Shown piece by piece: positions 27,314-34,545 of a stretch of DNA of 34,545 nt (the stretch's first letter is position 1; the number at the start of each line of letters is the position of its first letter). The stretch is from contig JAGLUZ010000088.1 of NCBI GenBank assembly GCA_023134165.1, forward strand, positions 1 through 34,545, written 5' to 3'. The stretch is from Deltaproteobacteria bacterium. Lineage in GTDB: Bacteria > Desulfobacterota > GWC2-55-46 > DRQE01. The notes beneath the pieces are model-generated. The model searched no databases. It saw only the letters and a program-made list of their open reading frames with translations, and was not told the origin of the DNA. The position numbers and the translations under genes were made by a program.

Positions 27314-28519
27314 TTAACCGCCAGCGGCTCCAGCAAGAGAGAATATAGGCAAGTAAAGAGCCATAACAAGACCACCTACAACAATGCCAAGAAAGGCCAT
27401 TAGTAGTGGCTCAATGAGTGCGGTAAGTGAGGCAACTGCGGCGTCAACTTCATCCTCATAAAAGTCTGCGATCTTACCAAGCATATTATCAAGAGCACCA
27501 GTGGACTCACCAACTGTTATCATCTGGGTAACCATCCCTGGAAAAACCTTTGTTGCGGCCAGCGGCTCTGATAGGGTTTGCCCCTCACTTAGACTTTGAC
27601 GAGCCTTCATTATTGCATTTTCAATGACCTTGTTGCCAGCTGTCTTTGCAACAATCTCCAAGGCCTCAAGGATTGGAACTCCACTTGCCATCATTGTGCC
27701 AAGTGTGCGAGTAAATCTTGCAACAGCTGACTTTTTTAAGAGATCTCCAAAGACTGGCATCTTCAAGAAAAACCCATCCAAAACAAGCTGACCAGTGGCA
27801 GTTTTATACCACTTTTTTAGACCAAAAATAGTAGCACCTATGCCACCAAATATTACGTACCAATAATTACTCATTATATCACTTAAGTCGACAACAACCT
27901 GAGTTGGAGCTGGCAAGGCACTTCCAAAATCAGCAAACATACTCTCAAATATAGGGACAACAAAGACGAGAAGTCCTGTGACAACAAGACCAGCAATTGA
28001 GATAACAGCAGTTGGATAGGTAAGTGCGGCCTTTATCTCACCTTTAAGTTTCTCTGATTTTTCCATAAACTCAGAGAGTCTATTTAGGATTACGTCCAGA
28101 ATACCACCGACCTCTCCTGCGGCTACAAGGTTTACAAAGAGAGAATCAAAGATAACAGGGTGTCTTTTTAAGGCATCTGCAAAGGTGCTACCACCCTCAA
28201 CTGAGGCCTTTACTTCATAGAGGACCTTCTTAAATGGAGGTATCTCTTGCTGGCTCGCAAGTATCTCCAGACACTGCACTAGAGGGAGGCCTGCATCAAT
28301 CATAGTCGCAAACTGGCGGGTAAAGACAACAATGTCCTTGGTCTTTACCTTTGGACCAAAGCCTGGGATCTTAAGCTCAATAGAGCCAAGCCCCTTTTTC
28401 TCAGAAATAGAAGAAGTGGTAATTCCTTTCTGCCTAAGTGAGGCCGTTGCTTGAGCTAAATTGTCTGCTACGACCTGCCCCTTTACCCCGCCCCTTGCGG
28501 TATAAACAAAAGTTGCCAT
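27314..28519 (-). CDS. pilC: Type IV pilus platform protein PilC
   Basis: Two T2SSF domains: FTRQFATMIDAGLPL, AGEVGG, ALTYP, RTLGTM..SGVPI, GESTG, LIEP, LYLPIF. Confidence 0.96.
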   Translation of the reverse strand: MATFVYTARGGVKGQVVADNLAQATASLRQKGITTSSISEKKGLGSIELKIPGFGPKVKTKDIVVFTRQFATMIDAGLPLVQCLEILASQQEIPPFKKVLYEVKASVEGGSTFADALKRHPVIFDSLFVNLVAAGEVGGILDVILNRLSEFMEKSEKLKGEIKAALTYPTAVISIAGLVVTGLLVFVVPIFESMFADFGSALPAPTQVVVDLSDIMSNYWYVIFGGIGATIFGLKKWYKTATGQLVLDGFFLKMPVFGDLLKKSAVARFTRTLGTMMASGVPILEALEIVAKTAGNKVIENAIMKARQSLSEGQTLSEPLAATKVFPGMVTQMITVGESTGALDNMLGKIADFYEDEVDAAVASLTALIEPLLMAFLGIVVGGLVMALYLPIFSLAGAAGG

Positions 28520-28522
28520 CTA

Positions 28523-29767
28523 CTACCCCTTCCTTTGCGGAGCCGACCCTGGTCGCCTAAGAACTCCTGCATTTTGCAACATCTGCTTAAGCTCCTCAGG
28601 ATCAGAGCTTCTACCCATTGCCTCTTCCATTGAAATCTTTCTCTGAGTAAATAGATTCATAAGTGCTTGGTTCATTGTCTGCATGCCGTATTTTTGTTGA
28701 CCAACCTGCATCTGGGAATAAATCTGATGCACTTTATCCTCACGAATTAGATTTCTTATCGCCGAGTTTGGAACCATGACCTCAAGTACCATGGCGCGCC
28801 CTTTACCGTCTGCTGTTTTTGCAAGGAGCTGGGATAAAACACCTTCAAGGACAAAGGAAAGTTGAGCTCGTATCTGTGGTTGCTGATCTGATGAGAAAAC
28901 ATCAACAACTCTGTTTATGGTTTGAACGCATGAATTTGTGTGGAGCGTTGCAAAACAAAGATGACCAGTCTCGGCAATTGTTAAGGCTGTCTCAATTGTC
29001 TCTCTATCTCTAAGCTCTCCGAGGAGTACGACATCAGGGTCTTGCCTAAGGATTGCCTTTAGTGCGTTCTTAAAGGAATGAGTATCTGCGCCAACCTCTC
29101 TTTGATTAACAAGTGAGGTCTTTGATTGATGAAGATACTCAATTGGATCTTCAATGGTTATTATATGTTCTTGTCGCTCTAGATTTATCTGGTTTATAAT
29201 TGCCGCTAAGGTTGTGGATTTACCACTTCCTGTTGGTCCTGTTACAAGAATAAGTCCGCGTGGTTTCCTTGATAACTCTGTTACAACAGGAGGTAGCCCT
29301 AGCTCTGCCATATTTTTTATATCAAATGGAATTGCTCTAAATACACCTGCAACAGCACCTCGCTGGATAAAGAGATTACCCCTAAAACGGCTTACACCCT
29401 TGATACCAAAGGAGAAATCAAGCTCGTTATTTTCCTCAAAAACATGTTTTTGAGCATCCGTTAGGATTGCGTAACAAAGTTGCTTTGTCTCAACAGGTGT
29501 CATAGTTGGCACATTTAGAGGGGCAAGCTTGCCGTGTACACGAAACCTTGGAGGAGAGGACGCAGTTATATGGAGGTCTGAGCCGCCTTGATCAATTAGG
29601 CTACGCAAGAGAGTCTGGAGATCTATCTTCTTAGGTTGCGGTGGAACGGGCGCTCCAGCTGGTCTTTGTGGTGCTCCAGGCGCTCCAGGTGGTCTTTGTG
29701 GTGCTCCAGGCGCTCCAGGTGGTCTTTGTGGTGCTCCAGGTGGTCTTTGTGGTGGTGTTGCGTTCAT
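28523..29767 (-). CDS. pilT: Type IV pilus retraction ATPase PilT with a Pro-rich N-terminal extension
   Basis: GPTGSGKSTT, TIEDPIE, RQDPDVVLLGELRD, GHLCFATLHTN, AIRNLIRE. Confidence 0.97.
   Translation of the reverse strand: MNATPPQRPPGAPQRPPGAPGAPQRPPGAPGAPQRPAGAPVPPQPKKIDLQTLLRSLIDQGGSDLHITASSPPRFRVHGKLAPLNVPTMTPVETKQLCYAILTDAQKHVFEENNELDFSFGIKGVSRFRGNLFIQRGAVAGVFRAIPFDIKNMAELGLPPVVTELSRKPRGLILVTGPTGSGKSTTLAAIINQINLERQEHIITIEDPIEYLHQSKTSLVNQREVGADTHSFKNALKAILRQDPDVVLLGELRDRETIETALTIAETGHLCFATLHTNSCVQTINRVVDVFSSDQQPQIRAQLSFVLEGVLSQLLAKTADGKGRAMVLEVMVPNSAIRNLIREDKVHQIYSQMQVGQQKYGMQTMNQALMNLFTQRKISMEEAMGRSSDPEELKQMLQNAGVLRRPGSAPQRKG
29651..29754. repeat. 30-bp tandem repeat (3 copies plus a partial) in the 5' end of pilT
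   Basis: CGCTCCAG(G/C)TGGTCTTTGTGGTGCTCCAGG at 29651, 29681 and 29711, partial at 29741; encodes PQRPPGAPGA. Confidence 0.95.
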
Positions 29768-29802
29768 ATAGTATATTCCTTTTTGTCTTTATTAATAAAA
29801 TT

Positions 29803-29831
29803 AATATACCCTAAATATAAAAAAAATTCAA
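29803..29831 (-). promoter_or_regulatory. Internal sigma70-type promoter for pilT-pilC-pilS-pilR
   Basis: TTGAAT-17 bp-TATATT in the AT-rich pilB-pilT gap. Confidence 0.5.
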
Positions 29832-29888
29832 GAATATCAGAGTTTTTCACTAAAATAAAATAAAGGATTTTTTAAGATTATTCACACG

Positions 29889-31607
29889 TCACCTTGGTAA
29901 AACCCTAAGCACTTCATCAACTGTAGTTAAGCCTTCAGAGATCTTACCAATAGCACTTTCCATGAGAGTCTTTACGCCACCCTTCTTTGCAAGTTCTTCA
30001 ATCCCCCGAGCGGTTGCATTATTTAAAATAGCCTCTCTAATCTTCTCTGTTACTAGTATTCCCTCAAATATTGCAATGACCCCATTAAAGCCACTCTCAC
30101 CACAGGTTCCGCACCCCTTCCCGTACTTAAGGCTTGGCCTTAACCCTAGAGCTTGCTCCTCACTAAGGCCGAGTTTTTTTAAGGTTTCTTCAGTACAACT
30201 TGTATCATCGACAATACAATCAGTGCATATTTTTCTAAGCAGTTTTTGCGTAAGAATAAACCTTAGAAGGCTTGCAACTTTAAAGGTATCACTTGCCATC
30301 ACTGATAGTGCCATTGGAGCTGAGTATATGTCCAAAGAATTAATAGAGCTTAGGATAAGACAACCCTGAAGCGCACCTTCGAGGATAATATTACCAACCT
30401 CTTTAGTCTTAATATCGCTTACCATCACAACGTCTGGGAGGTGAGCAAGAACATTCTTTAGGGTTGTAGGAAAATCAAGATCACCAGAAGAATCTACCTC
30501 TACCTGACTGACCCCCTCTAGGCTTGAATAAACAGGATCTTCAACGGTCATGATATTTGTCTTTGGATTATTTAAATCTTTAAGAGCACCGTAGAGTGTT
30601 GTCTTTCTGCCACTTGGACCAGCACCTGAGATAAGTATGATTCCACAAGGTATCCTAAGTGCTGATTTAAATTGCTCTAAAAGGTCAGAGTCAAGGCCAA
30701 GGTCATTTAGGGAAAAGTTAAAAGCTTCTGGCTTTAAAAGTCGGCAGTGTATAACCTCACCAAACTTTGTTGGAAGAGCTGATAGCGAGTACTCGAATTC
30801 TTCACCGTCATCAAGACAAAGCTTAACTACAGCCTTCTTTTTGTCTTTTCCAACCTCAATATCAAGCTTACTCATAATCTTAAGACGCGCAGTAACAGCC
30901 TCACGAACTTTAAATGGCAACTCAAGAAGATCCCTAAGTACTCCGTCTATCTTATACCTAATACGAAAACTCTGCTCATAAGACTCAATATAAATATCAC
31001 TTGCTTTTTTCTTAAAACCCTCAACCAAGATATAATTAACGAGCTTTCTAAGAGATAATACGTCAATGTCCTCTGCATCGACAAAAGCTGTTAGGTCAAA
31101 GCCTGTGTCTTCTTCTGGGAGTAAACTTTCTTCCGCGGGCACCTCGTTAATGGGTTCAAAAAATTCTGCCTCTAGGGTATCCTTTACAAAGACATTATCA
31201 AGGGCTCTGACAATATCACTCTCAGATGCAACTGCAGTTTCAATATTATATCCAGTTAAAAATCTTATATCATCAAGAGCGAGCATATTGGAGGGATCTG
31301 CCATGGCAACAAGGAGAAGGTCATTTAAGAGAGAGATTGGCAAAACAAGGTATTTCCTACAAACCTCTTCTGGGACAAGCCTAAGAGTAGTTCCATCATA
31401 GAGCTCTGTACTTATACTAACTGTTGGAATTCCGTACTGTTTACTTAAAAAAACAGTTAGATCTTCTTCAGTTATAAAACCAAGTTTTGTGAGATTATAA
31501 CCGAGGCGACCACCTGTTTTCTCTTGGCCGTCAACTGCAAGTTGAAGTTGCTCTGGGTTAATTAGACTTTCTTTTATAAGTAAATCGCCTATTCTGTCAG
31601 CCATCAA
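29889..31607 (-). CDS. pilB: PilB/GspE-family protein with MshEN domain and degenerate ATPase motifs
   Basis: MshEN (RIGDLL...RLGYNL), AMADP, ASDIYIE, TVEDPV, CTDC/CGTC Zn motif, GLTTVDEVLRV. Walker A reads GAGPSGRKT, Walker B VMVSD, and both His-box histidines are absent. Confidence 0.85.
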   Translation of the reverse strand: MMADRIGDLLIKESLINPEQLQLAVDGQEKTGGRLGYNLTKLGFITEEDLTVFLSKQYGIPTVSISTELYDGTTLRLVPEEVCRKYLVLPISLLNDLLLVAMADPSNMLALDDIRFLTGYNIETAVASESDIVRALDNVFVKDTLEAEFFEPINEVPAEESLLPEEDTGFDLTAFVDAEDIDVLSLRKLVNYILVEGFKKKASDIYIESYEQSFRIRYKIDGVLRDLLELPFKVREAVTARLKIMSKLDIEVGKDKKKAVVKLCLDDGEEFEYSLSALPTKFGEVIHCRLLKPEAFNFSLNDLGLDSDLLEQFKSALRIPCGIILISGAGPSGRKTTLYGALKDLNNPKTNIMTVEDPVYSSLEGVSQVEVDSSGDLDFPTTLKNVLAHLPDVVMVSDIKTKEVGNIILEGALQGCLILSSINSLDIYSAPMALSVMASDTFKVASLLRFILTQKLLRKICTDCIVDDTSCTEETLKKLGLSEEQALGLRPSLKYGKGCGTCGESGFNGVIAIFEGILVTEKIREAILNNATARGIEELAKKGGVKTLMESAIGKISEGLTTVDEVLRVLPR

Positions 31608-31651
31608 AATGCCTCTGGTTACTTCATTTTTTCTGCTTTTATCACTTTACT

Positions 31652-31680
31652 ATTTTATAGATTTACTTAAATATTGTCAA
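31652..31680 (-). promoter_or_regulatory. Sigma70-type promoter of pilB
   Basis: TTGACA-17 bp-TAAAAT. Confidence 0.7.
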
Positions 31681-31762
31681 GGTTCAGAGGCTGTAACCAC
31701 CATATAATTAAGGAGTTTTTTATCTTTTTAATATGCACTAACTCTGTGGTAGTTTGCTAAGT

Positions 31763-31792
31763 TTGACACGCTTCCACAAACTTTGATACTAT
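31763..31792 (+). promoter_or_regulatory. Sigma70-type promoter, probably giving a leaderless mRNA
   Basis: TTGACA-18 bp-TACTAT with extended -10 TG; the ATG begins 8 nt after the -10 box and there is no SD. Confidence 0.5.
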
Positions 31793-31799
31793 TGCTTGT

Positions 31800-32054
31800 A
31801 TGGATAGCATCTACATTCTACTGCTCGGCGTAACACTCGCCGCCTTTGTTCTAAACCTTCCATTTGGGTATATGAGGACGAGTACAAAAAAATTCTCTGT
31901 GATGTGGTTCCTCTATATCCATCTGCCAATTCCGTTTATCTTTGTACTTAGAAAACTTGGCGGGCTTAGTTATAAGATTATACCAATCCTCGTCTTTGTT
32001 GCCCTCTTAGGCCAACTCCTTGGTGGCCGTTTTAACAAAAAAAGAATCTCCTAA
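31800..32054 (+). CDS. Small integral membrane protein of unknown function
   Basis: Three hydrophobic segments with NLPFGY.R..KKFS..WFLYIHLPIP; fills a gap downstream of a promoter. Confidence 0.75.
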   Translation: MDSIYILLLGVTLAAFVLNLPFGYMRTSTKKFSVMWFLYIHLPIPFIFVLRKLGGLSYKIIPILVFVALLGQLLGGRFNKKRIS

Positions 32055-32107
32055 AGAGCTTTATCTAAGAATATTTCATCTCATCAAAAAATTTCAAAAC
32101 AGAGTAA

Positions 32108-32611
32108 ATGGTAAAGAAGAAGAAAAAAAAGAATAAACGCGGCGACGGCCTTAAGAGTATAGCAAAGATACTTGGCCTTAGCTTTAAAGGTCTTGGTGTA
32201 AAGGAAAAAGTTGTAGAGCACTCTCTTGCAAGCACTTGGAGGCAAGCCGTTGGAGAGATGATTGCAAAAAAAACCAAACCCGGCAGGTTAATTGGCTCAA
32301 CTCTTTTTGTAAATGTCCTGAATTCTTCGTGGATGAATACGCTACTCTACGAAAAATCAGAACTAATTGAAAAACTGAATGCTACGCTTGGCAGGAAACA
32401 GATTAAGGATATTGTCTTTAGGACTGGGCCTGTGGAAAATACTACAGCAATACCAAGCCCCGAAAAAAGAGAAGTAGAAAGAATAAAAAGGCCGCTTAGT
32501 GCACTTGAAGAAGAGTTTATAGAGGAGACAACCTCAGAGCTGAAGGATGAAAAATTAAGAGAGCTTATTGCAAAAACAATGGCAAAAAGTAAAGAAACTT
32601 CAAGGCCTTAG
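32108..32611 (+). CDS. dciA: DUF721/DciA family replicative helicase loader
   Basis: W..AVGE.IA..T.P..L...TL.V.V..SSW...L..EK..LI.KLN..LG...I.DI.FR pattern, followed by a low-complexity charged C-terminus. Confidence 0.75.
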   Translation: MVKKKKKKNKRGDGLKSIAKILGLSFKGLGVKEKVVEHSLASTWRQAVGEMIAKKTKPGRLIGSTLFVNVLNSSWMNTLLYEKSELIEKLNATLGRKQIKDIVFRTGPVENTTAIPSPEKREVERIKRPLSALEEEFIEETTSELKDEKLRELIAKTMAKSKETSRP

Positions 32612-33304
32612 AGAGGGTTTTTCCACTTCCACACTAAGCGAACAACCAGCCCCTGCCTCAATTAAAAAGAGTGACTTTTTTTCATTTAAACCATCAAGAA
32701 TTACGAGCCTTCCTGGGCTGATTTTGTTTTTAGCAAATTCCTCAAAGAGTTCCACTAACCTCTCAAGCGGAAAAATAAAATAAAGCCTACCAGTAGAGCC
32801 AATCAAATAAGCTGAGATTTTGAGAAGTTCCTCAAGAGTACCAGCAACCTCGGATCTTGCCAAAGCCCTTGATGAGTCAGGGCTTAGGCGTCCTGTGCCT
32901 TGTTTTTTGTAGGGTGGATTTGCAATCAGGCAATCAAAACTACCCCGTGGAAATTTACCGTAAAGAGAGCGCCAGTCACAATTAAGGAGGGCAACTCTAT
33001 CCTGCAAGTCATTGATTTTTAAATTTTTTTTTGATATTTGAAAGGTAGGATTATCAATCTCTATTCCAGTAATATTTAAATCTCGAAAACGCTCGGCGAG
33101 CATCAGCACTATTGCACCGATGCCCGTACCAAGCTCTATAACCCTTGAATTTTGTTGAAGAAAAGGAATGAATTTTGCAAGACTTACAGTATCTGAGGTT
33201 AATTGCTGCCCTGTTTTTCCATGAATCAAAGAAAAAGAACCAAGGCTATAAATACTTTCGTCATCCTGCAACTCAATGTTTTTATTAGCAATTTTCATTG
33301 CCAC
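32600..33304 (-). CDS. tRNA1(Val) adenine(37)-N6 methyltransferase (YfiC/TrmN6 family)
   Basis: VIELGTGIG, GIEID, ANPPY, RALARSE. Confidence 0.8.
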   Translation of the reverse strand: MAMKIANKNIELQDDESIYSLGSFSLIHGKTGQQLTSDTVSLAKFIPFLQQNSRVIELGTGIGAIVLMLAERFRDLNITGIEIDNPTFQISKKNLKINDLQDRVALLNCDWRSLYGKFPRGSFDCLIANPPYKKQGTGRLSPDSSRALARSEVAGTLEELLKISAYLIGSTGRLYFIFPLERLVELFEEFAKNKISPGRLVILDGLNEKKSLFLIEAGAGCSLSVEVEKPSLRP

Positions 33305-33331
33305 CAGCCCAAAAAAAGTATCTCTGGGGAA

Positions 33332-34545
33332 TTAATCCCAAAGAGGATTAATAACAACACCAGAGAGAAGTTTTGGAAAAAAGTAGGTTGATTTCTGCGG
33401 CATAAGTAAGCCTGCATCGGAGATTTGCTTTACATCTTCAACACTTGTGGCATTCATTATAAAAGCCAATTGGTTTTCTTCGGCGTTTGCAAGCTCAATT
33501 GCCTCATCAGCATCCTTGACGTAAATGAGATTGGTTTTTTTCTCCTGCGCTTCGATACTAATACCGAGTAATTTTCCAAGAACAAGGGAGTGCAAAACCG
33601 TCACATCAAGAGCCTTATAAAGGCTCCCAATGCTATCGCCAAAGACCTTATCCATGACCTCTTTTCCCTTAAGCGTTAGGATTACGTAGCGGCTCTCGCC
33701 ATTCAAAGTGAGGCCAAGTTTGTTATGATCTTCCTCACCTATTTTCAGTTTTTCTAAAAATTCTGAGCGAACATAACTCTCATTTTTTTCTGTAAAATCA
33801 AGGACTTCCGTGTTGAAATATTCATCTAAAACTTTTAAGAAAGCTCCGCCAAGCTCGACATCTTTAAGGGCGTGTACGACCCTATGTGTGGGGTAAACCT
33901 CAAGGGTTTCATCCATTGGTGTTAGGTACATAAGGACTGATTCGTGAGGTAAATCAGGAGCTTCACCTGCCCCCTCAGCACGTTTTTTATTTCGGTAATT
34001 CAGTGCTGTTTCATAGCGGTGATGGCCGTCTGCGATATATAATTTTTTATCTTCCATTGCACTTGAAACGCCACTAATTACGGCTGGATCGTCAACAACC
34101 CAGAGCTTATTTAGCACCCCATCATCGCCGGTTACCTCTATCTGAGGAGGGCCGTTTAGAGCAGAATTGAAGTTATAAAGCACCCTCTCTTCGAGCGGTA
34201 AGTCCTTGGATTCATTGAATAAAGAGAAGATACAACTATAGTTAGTTTTGCATGTTTCCATAAGACTCAGGCGGTCCTTTTTTGGGCCAGATAAGGTTTT
34301 TTCGTGCGGGAATATGACCCCCTTGCCAAGTTCCTCAATCTTTACGCGGGCAATAAAACCCTTGCGTGATTTTGCCGCTCCGTCCTTGGTCTTGTAGCTC
34401 TGCTCATAATAGTAGAGCGACTCTTTTCCGTCGCGTTTAAGGCTCTCATCTTCGAGCCAATTCTGTAGCAATTCTGCTGAGCGGGAATATCTATCTGAGC
34501 CTGGATTATCATCAGCCTCAGTCTTGTTAAGTATTAATTTTACTA
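33332..34545 (-). CDS. DUF1015 family protein; 5' end lies outside the window
   Basis: PHEKTL, YIADGHHRYETA, PTHR, MPQKSTYFFPKL. The frame stays open upstream of 34471 to the window edge (VKLILNKTEADDNPGSDRYSRSAELLQNW). Confidence 0.9.
   Translation of the reverse strand, partial: VKLILNKTEADDNPGSDRYSRSAELLQNWLEDESLKRDGKESLYYYEQSYKTKDGAAKSRKGFIARVKIEELGKGVIFPHEKTLSGPKKDRLSLMETCKTNYSCIFSLFNESKDLPLEERVLYNFNSALNGPPQIEVTGDDGVLNKLWVVDDPAVISGVSSAMEDKKLYIADGHHRYETALNYRNKKRAEGAGEAPDLPHESVLMYLTPMDETLEVYPTHRVVHALKDVELGGAFLKVLDEYFNTEVLDFTEKNESYVRSEFLEKLKIGEEDHNKLGLTLNGESRYVILTLKGKEVMDKVFGDSIGSLYKALDVTVLHSLVLGKLLGISIEAQEKKTNLIYVKDADEAIELANAEENQLAFIMNATSVEDVKQISDAGLLMPQKSTYFFPKLLSGVVINPLWD

Noticed and set aside
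29651-29754. CRISPR-like 30-bp repeats
   Set aside because: Head-to-tail with no spacers, in frame inside pilT, and no cas genes in the window
29889-31607. pilB as a pseudogene
   Set aside because: The frame is full length with no stops, the promoter is strong, and the MshEN and Zn motifs are selectively retained

Overview
Chromosomal window from a moderately AT-rich bacterium, probably deltaproteobacterial/Desulfobacterota-like (inferred from the Geobacter-type pil genes and cytochromes). No rRNA, tRNA, CRISPR array or mobile element is visible. It has four blocks. (1) 1-14830, minus strand: a candidate cytochrome-nanowire locus. Two OmcS-family hexaheme cytochromes keep all six CxxCH motifs and all six extra His. 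They sit with two NHL beta-propellers (one fused to an OmpA/Pal peptidoglycan-binding domain), a TPR protein, two membrane-fused spermidine-synthase-like SAM enzymes, a Kelch lipoprotein, a degenerate TMTC-like GT-C protein and a secreted repeat-stalk/beta-helix protein. A tandem c7-type hexaheme is transcribed divergently. (2) 16831-21165: a small Rossmann protein, a Cu(I) P1B ATPase and a selenoprotein missed by the ORF track (GrdB/PrdB family, in-frame TGA in a U-x-x-C motif followed by a bacterial SECIS hairpin). (3) 21347-31607: a type IVa pilus cluster, pilB-pilT-pilC-pilS-pilR-(GT-C/TPR)-pilA. The pilin is aromatic-rich and sigma54-driven. PilB has lost its catalytic motifs but keeps the c-di-GMP-binding MshEN domain and the Zn site. 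(4) Housekeeping genes: dciA, a tRNA m6A37 methyltransferase and DUF1015. All family calls come from motif recognition, not database searches.
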